Notes: a model not told the origin generated them from the letters alone. DNA of 63,045 nucleotides, filler included, from Reticulomyxa filosa (GCA_000512085.1; 14 parts of 14 records of this genome joined end to end with filler, not necessarily neighbours in it); one strand, 5' to 3'; counted from the first letter of the whole stretch, positions 13,894-28,041 are shown. Numbers and translations are program-made.

Positions 13894-14404
13894 AAATCTT
13901 TAAAACGAAAATTTTTTTTGAAATGATTGACAATTTTTTAATTGAGAGCTTAAGAACAAAAAAACAAGTTCCAAAGCAATGACAAATTGGATGTGAAAAG
14001 TGATCAAACACTTCAAATTTTCGGAGTTGTGGCTATGCTCTTTGTTTTTGCCTTGTTTTCATTTTTGTTGCTTGAGTTTGAAGTGAGAATTCATACATTT
14101 TTCAATTAATTATATGACGGCGTTCTCAGATAAATGCCTTTTTGTATCACTTTTCCGTTTAGCAATGAAAAAATTTTACAAAAACTTGTGAGTGATATTA
14201 TAAAATTGATAGGCAAAAATATAGTAATCACAGCTTTCAAACTATACGCAAGTTAAAAAAGAGCGTTTTGTTTAGTTGTATGCCTTTAGATGTTTTAAGC
14301 TAGACTTTGATTTAAGTATCATTTATAGTCCAACGAAGAAGACTATTTTTCATCTTTTATACATTTTATCAAAATAAACATAAGCACTCCCTTAATAGTA
14401 TTAC

Positions 14405-17400
14405 TTAGTTTTTGTTCTCTGAGTGTTTTCCAGTTTTTGTTATTTGTTTTGATTTATCGTGATTTTTTTTTCTAGCCTTTTCTTTGCCATGACTCGCTAC
14501 ATGTGATTTTTTCTTTGTTTTATCCTTATCATCTACATCGGTTTTCTTTCTTTTGCCTGCGCTCTTTATTTTGTTCTCTTTCACATTAACTTTTTTTTTT
14601 CTTTTGTTTGTATCATCTTCATTGATTTTTTTCTTTGTTTTGTTTTCATCATCAACATCAACTTTTTCCGCTGAGCTCTCATTATCCGTGTGGGTTTTTT
14701 CCTCTGATTTGTCACTATTATCTGTATCAGCTTTTGTTTCAGTGTCTTTTTGTTGCATCTCTTGTAATTCGATAGCGTTCTTCATAGACGCTGCAAAAAC
14801 AAAACAAAAACAATCAATGCAAAAAAAATTAAAACCATACAAATCAAAGTAAATAAAGAATCAAAACTATAATTTTTATCTTCAGAGGAGGTCCGTATCT
14901 CTATTTTTGATTTTTTATCTTCCGTGGCTGCTTTTTTCAAAGACAACTGATATACTTTGTCGTTAATTTTGACTGGCTCTGCCAACAATTTCTGAAGTTC
15001 TTCTGAATACAGGAAATAATTTCCTGAGTCCATTTTTTTCTTTCTATTTGTAATCTTTTCCAACAACACTGTACCAAACTCTTTCTTTACATTTTCCCAT
15101 TTTCTTTCACTAACAACACAAATTGGGTGATAAGAGTGAGTTAAGTGAAAGACATTTCGCAAATTCTGTACGTGACAATTAGCAAACACAAGATTAAGCA
15201 TAAGTATGAGAAACGCAGAAATGAAAGAAAGGCATGTAGAACAGAAAAATGACCTCCGCAATGGTATCTTTGTGTTTGGCAACCAAAGATGGTAGATCGT
15301 CGCTACTGAAGCAGTCAACAGTGATCATGGGCGAGTATCCTTGCAAAACAATGTTAACAATTTCGACGTCTTCGGGCATTAAAAGGGCCTTTTTTATATG
15401 TTTAATCAGATACATATAATTAGATATCTGCAATCGATCAGTAATTTGAGGTTCCGAGAAGAGCGCAGTACACCAGTCTTGTGGCACATCGTAGGGAGAG
15501 TCCATTGTGGGATTATTCGAATGTTCAGTTAAACTTATTTCATGTCTTGAATCTTGATTTATTTATTGTGAATTTGGGTTTGATCTTTACAAAAAAAAAT
15601 AAACACAAACGATATGTACGTAATGATTTTAACATGAGATGTTCTGGACTTTGCCTGCCACGCAAAACAAAAAAGCAAAGTTGCAAAGAGACAATAAAGA
15701 GCTGATAATGGCAATCCACGTTGGCGGATTTGAAGAGTCGCCACTAATAGCTAAAAAGAGAATTTGAAAAGCGATTTGTCCCGAGTTTTCAATGACAATA
15801 AGTACACCTTCTTGACGTTCCAGAAAATGGAACATTTCGATTTCGGACAATCCAAATGCGAAAAACGGTAAGCCAAAGCAGCGCGAGCAACATAATTGAA
15901 TGGTGGGGAACAAGGATCTGGACAACGCCACGAGAGCAGCGACGACCTTGTTGTACGATCGAAACCATTGTTGGGCCCCGTTGTTGTCTTCGAAGTGCGT
16001 GGTGATGTTCTTTGTGTTTACCAAAATTTGGAACATATTTGAAGCCGAGGGGATCACAAGCAAGCCCCCGGAGAGCACCAGAATGAGCAAAAAGGCCCCA
16101 TTGGAGTCACTGGAGTACATCAGCCACACTTCACGCATGAAAAGAATGGTGGAGAGCAAATTCCAAAGCTGCAGGACGTAACAGAAGTAGAAGATGACGT
16201 TGGTGCTGTCGCTGGGATATGGTACGCTTACTTCAAAATGGCTGTGCACTTTGGCCAACAGACCGATGAATAGCATGATCATGATGAATACGACGTTGAT
16301 CAGAACATTGGCGTTGTTGTAGAGCTTTTCCCAAATGGTCAAGGGCGCTTTGTCTTGGTATACGATGAAGTTGTCCGTCTTGACCTCGGTGTTTGCCAAA
16401 ATCGCAGAGAGACTGCTGTTGCTCTGTCCGAGCCAGATGAGAATGGATGCACTGACATTGGGAAAGAAGTCAGGACGTTTGTTTAAGGCTTTTTTTGTCG
16501 ATTATTGTGTGTGTGTGTGTGTGTGTTCTTTGCAAAAAGAAAAAAAAATAAAGTAATAAACTGTTAATATAGCCAATGCTGCCTTTTGTGTTAGTGTTGA
16601 CCCATATTTCATACTGAATCAAGTTTTGCGTCGTCCCAAGTCGTCGAGCCTGATTGGGCGAATGATACTTGGAGCCTGCGACGTTGATGACATTGTCTAT
16701 CAGCTTGACGATGATGATATCAAAGTTCTGATATTGCATGACGACCAGTGCGGTGTTGATGGCGCGGAAGTAGAGCTCCTGAATGAGCAGATGGAGCCTC
16801 TCCACGAAACTGGAGTTTGCAGTTTCCAGTTTGTAGGAGCTGGCCTCGCTGAGTTGGGAGCCGAACGTGATGTACACGGTCTGGTACGCGTTGAAAGCGT
16901 ACGTGGCAGTGGGAAAGCGCGTGGGAGACTGCGAGGGAGCGTTGGTGGGATGTCGCGTGGGCGGCTGTGTCGGCGCATTTGTGGGCGGCTTGACAGGAGC
17001 ATACGACGGACTGCGCGTGGGAGGCTGCGACGGAGCGGGACTGGGACTCTTGGTCGGCAGCGTAGGGACACGAGTGGGCGTCATCGAGGGCTCGTACGTG
17101 GGCGACGGTATAGGAAACACGAACGTGGGAGTCGGAGTGGGAGCCCTGGTAATTGAATAGTTGGCACACAAGCCTTGACACGTCCACGAATTTGTGTTGG
17201 TATCATATATCATGGTACATTGATAGGGCCAGACGTTGTCGACGCCGGTGTTGCCGCAGTACATGACAGTGTCGGTGCAACCGAACGAGTTAAGACTGGT
17301 CACAGGAGTGGGACACGCGATCTGTACGGCGCCGTTCTGATAGCCAGTATAACTGTACAGCGTCACGGCAGGCTCCAACAGTCTCGAGGATGCCGCCACA

Positions 17401-20400
17401 TTCTGCAGATTGACAATACACTTGGCCAACTGGTCGTTGAAACCATCAAAGATGGGCGGACACTTGAGCTTAAGTTGTCTGCACACGTAAATGTTGTTGC
17501 TCGTCGTGCTGTTGCAATATACGCGCAGCTCGATATTGGCCAGTGCAAACCAGTTGTCGTCTGACGGCTCCGACACGCTCAGTGCGTCCACCGAGGCGCC
17601 GTAACATGCCGCCGATCCGTCGGTACAATACAACGCAACAATCGAGTCGTGACGGTTACGCGTGCGCTTCGAGTAGTACGCGGCCCAATTCACGACCAAC
17701 TTCAGACGCACGCACGTGGACGACGCCTCGCAGTATACGTCGGTGGTGTGTCCATATCCACCCAATACAACGAGATTCAGCATGCAGTCGGTGCACGAGT
17801 AGGGCATGGAACATGAGATTAGATTGCTTTCGGTAGCGGACGAGTACACCTTGACATTCTTCAGTGTGTACATAGCAATGTTGGACGTGCCACCGATGGC
17901 CAGCACTTTGCTGCGTTTGTTGTTGTGATACACTTTCATGGACCAGCATGACTCGTCGCCATTGCACGTGACATACAGAGATTGGCTATTCTGTCCGAAT
18001 ATCTGCACATTGTGACAGCCGCTCGCACCATTGCACGTCAAACTGCACACACTGGCATCGCTGGCAATTGGACAATACACGGACAAGTCCTGACAGGAGT
18101 TGTCGTCGTTGCATAGCACATGACAGCTAGTCGAGTATGCGTTGGCCGCAGAGCAGTTGATGACCATATCGTGAAAGAGTCGTTGACTCGAAGAGACAAA
18201 GTACGCGCCCTCCAATTGGTATGAGTAGTCCAGACATTGACCAGAGCAATTCCATGATTTGTCCGGGTTTGAATATGTCATTGCACATTGCTTGGCGCCA
18301 TAGGGATCATCGCACTCCACGATTGCATTGACACAGCTCGCGTCGCCGCGACGATTATCACAGATCAGTGTGACAAACGGAGGACCCGAGTACGATCGGA
18401 TGGTCTGTCTGCCACCACTTTGGACCTTGCTCAGCTTGGACATATCGATCGCGCAGCGATTCGGATTGGTGGTTTGTGTGGTCGCAGACATGAGCGACGG
18501 ACAAGTAACAATTAGTTCGTCGCACGTGTATGTGCTCAATGTGTTGCTATTGTCGCATGTCACTGTCATGTTCTGTCCGAGATGGATGGTCGTGTTGCTC
18601 AAGGCGGCGATCTCAAATTCGTAGCACGCTCCGTCCTTGCAACTCAACTCAAGATTGATGTTCGCAGCATACGACGCGTCATACGTCAACACCGTGTCGC
18701 GTAGACTTTGTACGCCGTCGGCAATCAGCAACAGTCCGCCATGGGCATGCACCAATCCTATCTGCCAGTCGTTGTAGCGACACGTGTATGCACCATTGCA
18801 TATCACGTTGAATTGTCTGACGAGCATATTGATCACATCGGTGGAAAACGAGCACGGATAGCTGGAATCGCAATTCAACGTAATGTTGTGATACGGATAC
18901 GTCGAATTGGTTTGTCCATACAATGTGACGTAGTTGCGTAGTTTGACGTATACGTCCAGTTCCTCGTTGGCGGGACTAGGGAGGGGTAAGGACAGCGAGA
19001 CGAAGCCTCCCAGGTCGTTGGAGATGCCATCAAATACAATAAGCGAGTGATTCACGACAGAGGAGATTGACACATTGCTCTCGCTGATGCTGCTCTGATA
19101 CAGACGCAAGTACTCGACCTCTTCAAAGGTCAGAACCGATCGTATGAAATTGCAGTTTTCGATATCGACCTGAGTGTTGACCGCGTCGTCCGAGAAAAAC
19201 TCGGCCTGGAAATATACCGACGTGTTCTTGCATTGCCATTCGAAGGCGCCGTTGTTGGGCAGTTGTATGTTTATCGTGAAGCCGTCGTCGGTGCTGGGAA
19301 AGTACTGCGTGAAGTGCAGTACCAAGGATACGTAATCGCGATAGGCGGTGTCCAAGGTGAGCATCACATAATCTTCGCCGACGTATTTGTGGAAGTAGAG
19401 TTCGTGAAGCGCGTCGTCTTTGGACACGAGTTTGGGGTCATCAAAAAAGGCAAAGTTCGCACAGCCAAAGGCACACGAGATGTTCACAAACGTAGCGGAG
19501 GTGTTGACGTAGGTACCATCAAAGCTTCTGCTTAAGTTTGCATCTGCGATCATGGTCAGATTGTTGTTCTTCTGTCCATTGAACTCGATATATGCATTGG
19601 ACCAGGTGAACGGCCCTTCGGCATGCAGATACAGAGACTTTGCGTTTTCCCCGTAGATGGTCGTATCACTGCCGGCGGCTGTGTCTTGTGCGTACAGATT
19701 GCATGCGCTATTGTGTTTGATCGGACAGTAGATGGACGTAAAGCGACAACTGTTTTTATTTGGACAGATGACGATGCATATGTCGATATCTTCGCGGCCG
19801 TCGCCCGAGCAATTGAACGACCCATACTGATCTGTGTACACCTCCACATGTGTGCTACCCGACGTCGTGGTGGGACTGACTGACGGTGCGAGTGTGGGCG
19901 AGGGTGTCGGTGCTGATGTGGGATCCACTGTCGGCACTGCTGGAAAGCACACTTGAGAATCATTGGAATATCGCGTATTATTTCCATTGAGATACAACAC
20001 CAACGATTGCGTGTACAGATTATCACCCGTCTCCACCACAATGTCTGTGTCGTTGATGACCACAACCACCGTGGCTATCGTTTCCAGGGCCCACGAACTC
20101 GGACTGCCTCCACTCGCCACGTTCGCTGCTACTGTCATCTTGTAACATCGATTCGGTAAGTATTCCAGACAATAACTCACGAAACGATTAAATGTCGTGC
20201 TGCATGTCAATCTATCCACGCCATCCAACTCTGTCGCATTCACTTCGCTCGCATCGTGGATCACTTCGATCTTCCATGACAGGTCCTCGTACCATCCACT
20301 TGGCTGCACAAACAAACGCAAACCACTGCACTGGAAACATGCGCGAGGGTCGCCTTGTCCCACTCCATTTTGCACGTAGTAATGATAATACGAATGCAGA

Positions 20401-21195
20401 TGCGTAAATCCTGAATCGAAGATTGTCGTCGCGCTCGACGGATTCTCTTTCATGTTCTCTCCTCCCAATCCGATCATGAAGCCAACATTCGCCACTTGCA
20501 CGCGAAAACACTTGTCGCTGCCGACATTGTTGCAGCTGCTTTCGTACGCATAGTCGCGACTCATCCCCGCTGCAAAGCTCTGCGTTTCGTTTATATCTAA
20601 TATTATGTCATACGTCGCTCTCCATGCTGACGTATCCCATGCATCATTTAACGGTCTCAATGTCAACCATTGTTCGGAGCTGCTGCAATCTTTTTTTTTT
20701 TAAACTACTTTCATCACTCTTCTTTTTTTTTTCTTGCCCTATCAATCCTTATGATTGAAACCCTTAGTACATGTATATTACGTGCACTATTCCAATTTTT
20801 TGTTATACGTAAAAAAACAACAAACCAAAGTAACAAATTGGAATTGGAGAAATCGTGTAATTGTGTAAAAAATAAGAAAATGATGACGCATTTCCTTCGA
20901 TCGATTCTGTTACACTGCCATTAAGAGTAATTTGCCATGGATCGACTGTACCTTGACCGATGGACACAAAGAGGAGATAACACACAGATGGATCATATGA
21001 ACTTATACAATGAGTCTCATTCGCACTTTCCGTCCAAGCATCGGTTATTTCGCTCTCCACGTCTTTGTCCGTTGCGTTCGACAGACGATAAAATGTAAGC
21101 GCTTTGGTGAAATGTACTTGTATTCCATCACAGCTGTGGCCTATGAATGTTCTCAAACATAAAAATAACAAACATAAACAGGTCGAAATTGCCAT
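14405..21195 (-). CDS. Giant cell-surface multipass protein (~2,100 aa): signal peptide, Cys-rich repeat ectodomain, PT-repeat stalks, about 6-7 TM helices, cytoplasmic domain, Lys-rich tail
   Basis: ORFs 20803-21195, 16470-20666, 15629-16399, 15194-15505, 14782-15318 and 14405-14842 join in phase through GT-AG introns (e.g. 16561-16489, 15619-15546), given one assumed frameshift near 15685. Confidence 0.75.
16915..17150 (-). repeat. Coding PT (PTxxP) tetrapeptide repeat stalk
   Basis: PTPTPT...PSPTYEPSMTPTRVPTLPTKSPSPAPSQPPTRSPSYAPVKPPTNAPTQPPTRHPTNAPSQSPTRFPT. Confidence 0.85.
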
Positions 21196-21545
21196 TTATT
21201 ATTTGAGCATTCCGGTTAAAGAAATACTAAAGAGGGACCTACTCCTTACGGACAAACGTTTACACAATGGGACAAATTGGCTCTTGTTTGAAAGGCACTC
21301 TCGTGATGAAAGTATTGCCACTATTCGAATATTTGCTTACACGGACTGTTTTGAAGGTATAGCGCTTTGATGTGCTTTTCTTCCATGCATTGTTTGTACT
21401 AAAGAATATTCGAATGAATGAGTTATACAGAATGTGCTCTTCAAAACACAATTTTTTTTTTCTTGGTTTCTACAACGACAAAAAAAAAACAGTTAGGTTC
21501 CTTGTGTTCCTTCCCCTTTTGTGTATCTGTTAATTTTTTAACATG

Positions 21546-24352
21546 TTACAATTTTTTTGTGGTTGTGGACAGCTTTTGATACCACGAAAACAAGGTTTGT
21601 CCCCAACTTTTGGTGTCACTAACACTTGTTTGTGACGGTGGAGGCTGATCTGTAAATTTGGAGGCAATTCCCATATTTTGAAAGTATTCAACAATTTGCG
21701 GCAGCGTTTTTGCACTATCTGTCATCATGAAAAAGTGTTGGTTGTCATCCCACTGAAATCCAGTTTGAATGACCAAAGGGTCAGTCAAGAAGTCAGTTTT
21801 TCGTTGAGATATGTATTGGTATAAAGGTATCAAAAATTCACAAATGACACCCTCGCTTTCAGTCATATCCGTCTGTTTTTTTTTATTGCTGTCTTTGTCT
21901 TTGTGTTTATTGTGTTCGTTTTCTTTTTCCTCGCAAAGGGGCGTTTTGTCTGGCAGATATGCTTTTGTTTTGTTCTCTTCGTCCAATTTTTGTGGAGTCT
22001 GACCACTTGCATAAGTGGATGTAAATGACATGTATTGCACTTGATGGATGCCATGATAAAAATCGTCACACCACATTTTGCAATGGCTGAAGAGATACCA
22101 AACCAAATCATATTGTTTTTCTTCGTTCCTTTTTTTTTTTTTTTTTTGTATGTGCATTCGTATTCATATTGTCGCAGAATTGGAGAGAGAACTTGATCCA
22201 AATGAATATATGAATAAAAAAAAACAAAACGTAACCATAAACAACGGAGCCAGTCTTTGATGAAAATATACCAAGCGGTAACCGAGTTGGAGTGATATCT
22301 TTCCCAACTGTATTTTGACTTGTCTGGTAAGTACACTTGATAATTAAATTGAAACAAATCCACATAGTGTATTCGATTAAATAGAGGAAATTGTAGTGGA
22401 TAAGGATTATCATGTACTGGTTCCTCTTCCTCTTCTTCGTTTTCGTCTTCTTCTTTGTATTTATTGCCATTGACATGTCCATTTTCACCATTATGTTCGT
22501 GTTCATGTCCGTCCTTTTCACTGTTAACGTGTCCGTCATTACTCACGATTGGATGCATAGCAAAAAAAGCGAGCATAGTTCGATGGAAATGATGGAAGCA
22601 TTGCTGAAACAATTGAAAATTCTCTTTCCACTTTTTAAGCTTTTCCTCTTCCAATTGTTTCTCCAATTCATTAACAGAAAAGTTTCCATTGGAAGAAGAC
22701 AGCTCTTTCGTGTTATCTTCTTTTCCAATCACCGGCAATTTCCGGATGTTTCGGAGTGGAATAATCACTCGTCCAAACAACAGCAACGACAGCACTTGAT
22801 TTATTGAGTCAGCCTATCATTCATTTTTTTCCCCGTCGTCTCCAAGCCAATAAACTATGATCCCAATGAAAGAGAGAAATCAAAGAAAACAAACATAAAA
22901 AAAAAACAAACGAACTATTAACAATAGACGGTGAGCATTGCAGTTGTTTCGTTCTTTCTTCAAAACTGAAAAACTCATTCAATACATTTTGGTCAGCAAA
23001 CAAGCGCGATTTCCAATAGTTTTCTTCCGCGTTAAAGATGCCATTGGAGGGATTAAATAGGTCGTGGCATTCAATATTGTCAAACAATTGCAAAACCATC
23101 ACTTGCCATTCGTTTGTACTATTTTTTTTTTCAAAGTTGTATTTTTTTTCCAAATGCTGTTTTTTTTTCTTTATCGTGTCATTTCGCTCATAGTTAAAGC
23201 GATTCAGCCACCACTCTTCGTTTTCCGTGTCGGGGAATATGTAATCCAACACAATGTGGGCGACATCTTTGATGTGTGAAAATGACTTGCACAGCTCCAC
23301 TAACATGAATTCCGACAACTCGTTTCTCACTTCCTGTCATATGTGTATGCACATATGCATATATCATATTGCAGCATATGTTGCAAAGAATGAGTGAACA
23401 GGGATACATATATGTATACATATACATATGCATATACATATACACATATATGCATATACATACATATGAATATAAAGCAAAACTGCTTAACGTGGAATTG
23501 TGTGTGCAAGACGTAAACATACAAAGGGTGGAATCGCAAAAAAAATGCTTGGTTGTCTTTTTCGATGGGAGGGTTGAATTCAACCAATTTCATTTGATGC
23601 AATAGAAAAATATGCAGGATTTCGCGAGAAGGCAAGCCAGGAACTGATGGCTTCACTGTTCGATAGAATGGCTTTGTCACATTGTGTCGGACATGAATGA
23701 GTGCTGGCAAATCGTCAAAGTTCACTGCTTTCAGCATTTTTGGTAGCAAGTATTTCTGTCATGTTTTTACAATACAACCCACAACATAAGGAAAAAAAAA
23801 AGTCTATTGTCCCTTCCATATCCTCCTTGTCCTCTTCACTCTCTCTTTGAAACAAACTTGTGTTGGGTAAGACAAATTTTCAATGTAATAAAGCGGTGAC
23901 CAATCCACTTTACTACTCCCATGGATCACAGTCACATTGACAGATGCGCCCATGTCCATCAGCAATTCACATACTAATACCCAAGGAGACAGTTTATCTT
24001 CGTCATTCAATGTGTTCTCTTTATTGCAATGTTTTAGTGCTTGCACTAACAATGGGATATCATAGTCAGAAATTGAATAACGTGATGATCGATATTTTGG
24101 CTCTTCGAATGAAAAACGATGATTCACCAGAAACTCTAACTCGTTTGCCGGCATGCCTAACGTTTGCAAGTGTGTCAAGTAACAGCAACTGGCATTACCG
24201 TTGCTTGAATCTAGAAAGAGCTCACGTAATGATTGCAGTCGTTTTAATTTTGTTTCTTCTAGTGAAATGTTATCATCTTCGCTCAAGTCAGTCGAAAGAG
24301 GCATTTTTGCTGTCTTTCGCGCTTTTCCAAACTTTTCATTTTCCCCGTGCAA
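21546..24352 (-). CDS. Multi-exon hypothetical protein with one ankyrin-like segment
   Basis: Five consecutive minus-strand ORFs separated by short SSR-rich introns; LVCELLMDMGASVN...WSPLYY is ankyrin-like; could be two genes. Confidence 0.55.
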
Positions 24353-24563
24353 TCTCTTCGGAAACCTAAAATAATGATTGGCATAAAATCAGTGTAATAT
24401 TAGATATAACTAAATAGAAAAGTGAAAGGAAAAAAATTAAATTTGTGCGCTGATACAAAAGAACGGGGTAAAAGAGCAAGTTCTCACCACTCTTGTTTGC
24501 TTATTTCTTTTTAATTCTTTTGTCTTTTCCGAATTTTAGGCAGTGATCGGAAAAGAATAAAAA

Positions 24564-25642
24564 ATGGCAGAGGAAAAAGAATCAAAAGAACAAAGAATAT
24601 CGAAACGTGACCAGACAATGTTTGAAAAAACGTGGGACAGTCTAGAAAAGGACTATTTGAAAGAGCCCAAGTTTTACAAATGGATAGCATTTTGGTCAGT
24701 AGTTAGTTTTGGTTGTCACCAAAGTGTTCACCGTTGGCTGCTTCCTTCACTCCATCAAAGAGCATTTTTAACATGCAAAGACATTGTGCATGCACCCGAA
24801 GTAATGCAAGGGGTACCAGAGCGCGTGTCTGTAATTGGGTTGCAATCGTTATTACAATATTGCCAAAGCAAAATGGATTATCGTAAAATACCCTATCATG
24901 AGTCCGCAATATTCTCCAACCGTATATTTAATCTAATCCACAATTGCTTGGGCGTTTGTGCTCCGTTTTATTATATATATAAACACGAGACAACCTTTAA
25001 AAAAGCGACACAATCGTTTAACTGGACAACTCCAAAAGAATACGTGACGTGGCAATATTTGACATTAGGATATTTTATTGTAGACATGGTTTATCTATTA
25101 AAATATGAAAACAAAAGTTCGGACTTTATTTTCCATCATCTTCTTGGAATTTTATCCATTTGTGGGCTGATTTCATACAAATCTGCTGGCTTTGCATGGA
25201 AGTACTTGATGGTAATTGCTGAAATGCCGACGGCATTGCTAAATTTGTCCTTTTTAATTTCACATTTTGCCACAATGTTAAATGGAGAGTATTTGCCTTT
25301 GTTGGAAAAAAATTTGAAATTTCTTATCAAAGACTCGGTGTATTTACAGCGTATTCGAACAAATACAATCACAAAACGATATAGTCATATTTTAGGAATT
25401 GTTCAAATTTTATTTGTGATTGCTTTTTTTTTTGTTCGATTTTATTTCCTCCCGAAATTGTTCTTTCTTTTATTGCTTAACTTCGAGTCTACACAGTACA
25501 AACTAAAAAATGTCATTTCTTATGGAGACATTTTTGGTGGTCTGTTTCATGTTTTATTAATATTGTAGGGTTTTTTTGGGGATTTAAAATTTTAAAGATT
25601 TTTCTTAAACTTGTTAAAGCTATGATTTTCAAAAAAACCTGA
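24564..25642 (+). CDS. TLC (TRAM/LAG1/CLN8) domain membrane protein; frameshift at A-run near 25505-25510
   Basis: GYFIVD, FIFHHL, AEMPTALLN, FFFVRF motifs; last helix FINIVGFFWGFKILK lies in the shifted frame, ending at TGA 25640-25642. Confidence 0.85.
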
Positions 25643-26871
25643 CTCGAAGTGACTTAAATGATTAATGAAACTGTAAATATTGTTTGTTTTGTCAAATTTT
25701 TTCTTTGTTTTCAAAAATCTTTGGGTGTGTTGAACTAGATATTTATTTCATCGACAGACATACAAGACGTCACAGTTTCAATCTTTTCTTTTTTTAGGAC
25801 TGAAACAAGATCATATTGTGACAGAATATTTTCCAATGCTGTCTAATTTTCAAAATGTTGCTAATTCTCTTTCTTTGTTTCATATTGCTTTCGGATTTCC
25901 TGTACATTGGTGCAACAGTGAAGCAAAACTCTTTCAGCGTCGCCTCTGGGTTCTATATTGATGACGCCAGTTCAACAGAATAGTGAGTCTTCCAACAGAT
26001 TAAACAAGACTCAGTACTATCTTTTGGCTTGTCGTCAAAACGTTCATTCTAACAAAATAAAAGGAGGTTTGAAGACATTTTTAAATGTTTAACAATTTTT
26101 TTGTAATAAAATAACATTATCATAATGTGTAAACACATATGTTTATATCAAGTAAGTTCAATAGTGTTATATGTTATCAATGTTAGTAAATACATTGTAG
26201 AAATGATATTAGTCTAGTATTTAGATGAATACAAGCTATATATCAAATAACGCACAATTTTAGTATTGACACGATAAATCGGAACTATTGTTGCCATTAA
26301 CGGAATATGTATCTAATCATTAAATGAAAAATAACATACGAAGTAAAAAAAATTCAATTTGGAGCACTTTTGTTTCTTCAGAATAGCTTGGTAATTGATA
26401 GAGCTATGATACTAACATTTACGCTTGTCTTTATATGTCGCCGTAATTTTCACGTTGTCGATTACACCATGCTGGAATAAATGGTATTTATTTAAGTTCA
26501 TCAATTTTAATTAAGAAAACAACTTTCTTGAGTTTTTTCTTTCGATGATTGAATATATTTAATCAAATATTCTTTTGAGAATTTTGAGACAATATCATAT
26601 TTTTATATTTGACAGAATTCTGATAGTAGAATAACTTCTATCGAACATCGGGCAAATTCAAAACTCAGCTGATAACAAGGATATAATTCACAAAAGCGAT
26701 ATTGGACGATTATTGATCAAGTACAAGAAAAAACGATTACGTAAGATGCTAGTTGTAAAAATGATTATATANNNNNNNNNNNNNNNNNNNNNNNNNNNNN
26801 NNNNNNNNNNNNNNNTTAATTAATTAANNNNNNNNNNNNNNNNNNNNNNNNNNNNNNNNNNNNNNNNNNNN

Positions 26872-28041
26872 GACTCCAAAACTGCAGTCGAAAGGCAAGG
26901 AGCCAGTGACACCAAGGCAATGGAGAGACATCCGTTCCAACGACGGCGAGTAGCGAACGGTGATATTCATTCGACATGGGAAAAGCTGGTGGAATGCAGC
27001 CGAGGCATCGACCTTCTCAAAGACAAGGATTTTGGGAATTGTATAAGCATCGAATGGAAAATAGTGCCTCTGCTTCAAGTAAAGCTAATAATAATAATAA
27101 CAATAATAATAATGACAATGACAATGACAATCAGACAAATAGCAATGAGAATAGATTGGATGGAAATATAATGGATGCTCCGTTGAGCCGAGAGGGAATT
27201 TTGGAAGCATTGCACCTGTATTCCATTCTCAAGGGCTTTGGCATGAAAATGGAGCTCAGTTCTTTGGAGTCGCTGTTCCAGTCCTTCCAACTGCGTTGCA
27301 ACACGACATTGAGCCTTTCATTCAAGCCAAAGATAGCAACTTCTATCGTCACAAAGTGTCCACCTTGCTACAAACTATTCAAAATTTTAAACTCGATGTT
27401 GTTAACTCATCACCGTCATCACCACCAATATCTATATCAACAGCAACAGGTCAACATCATTACCACTGTCACAGTCACAGACAGAAGTACTTAGTTCGCA
27501 GTCAATCCAAGACACTGACCACGACTTCAGCACCTGTGCAAGGAGAAGGACATCCGATTGCAAATGATACAGCAGCGAATAAGGGAAGCCGAACAGTTCC
27601 AGAACAAAGTGGAACACTGTCGGAACCGAAACAAGCAGAAATAAATATAGAAGAAAAAGAAAAGGAAAAAGAAAAAGAAGAAGCAAGTAAAGACAATAAT
27701 AGCAATAGCAACAATGGCAATGAGAATGTGTTGAAAGAGAAGGAGTAGTATATTAAAAAAGTGTTGATAGGAGTGGAAGAGGTGAAAGATGAGAGTTGCA
27801 TCGTGGCATCGAATTTGAGACTTACCATATCGACGGCGATGATATCACTACGGTATAGATTGGAGAAGAAGAAGACGGAGCCAATAAAGGTGCTATCGAG
27901 TTTGCAGGAGCTCGGATTCAACGCGGACACACGTTCGAGTGTGAGCAAGGATAAGAAAGTGTCGGCGTCGAGACACGAGACGGAGTCGGGACTGTTGGAT
28001 GACTTGCATATAAATATCAAAGAGTGTTACGAAAAGAGATT
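26872..28041 (+). CDS. Partial hypothetical protein (internal exons)
   Basis: ...EWKIVPLLQ spliced (GT 27079 to AG ~27152) to IGWKYNGCSVEPRG...LQHDIEPFIQAKDSNFYRHKV, plus a further exon from ~27770. Confidence 0.55.

Noticed and set aside
16626-20511. Many overlapping ORFs on both strands within the giant exon (also inside the flippase, 36353-38279)
   Set aside because: Expected shadow ORFs in GC-richer coding sequence; no motifs
25566-25568. TAG apparently truncating the TLC domain, suggesting readthrough or a reassigned stop
   Set aside because: The missing helix is in another frame starting at an upstream A-run; a frameshift explains it
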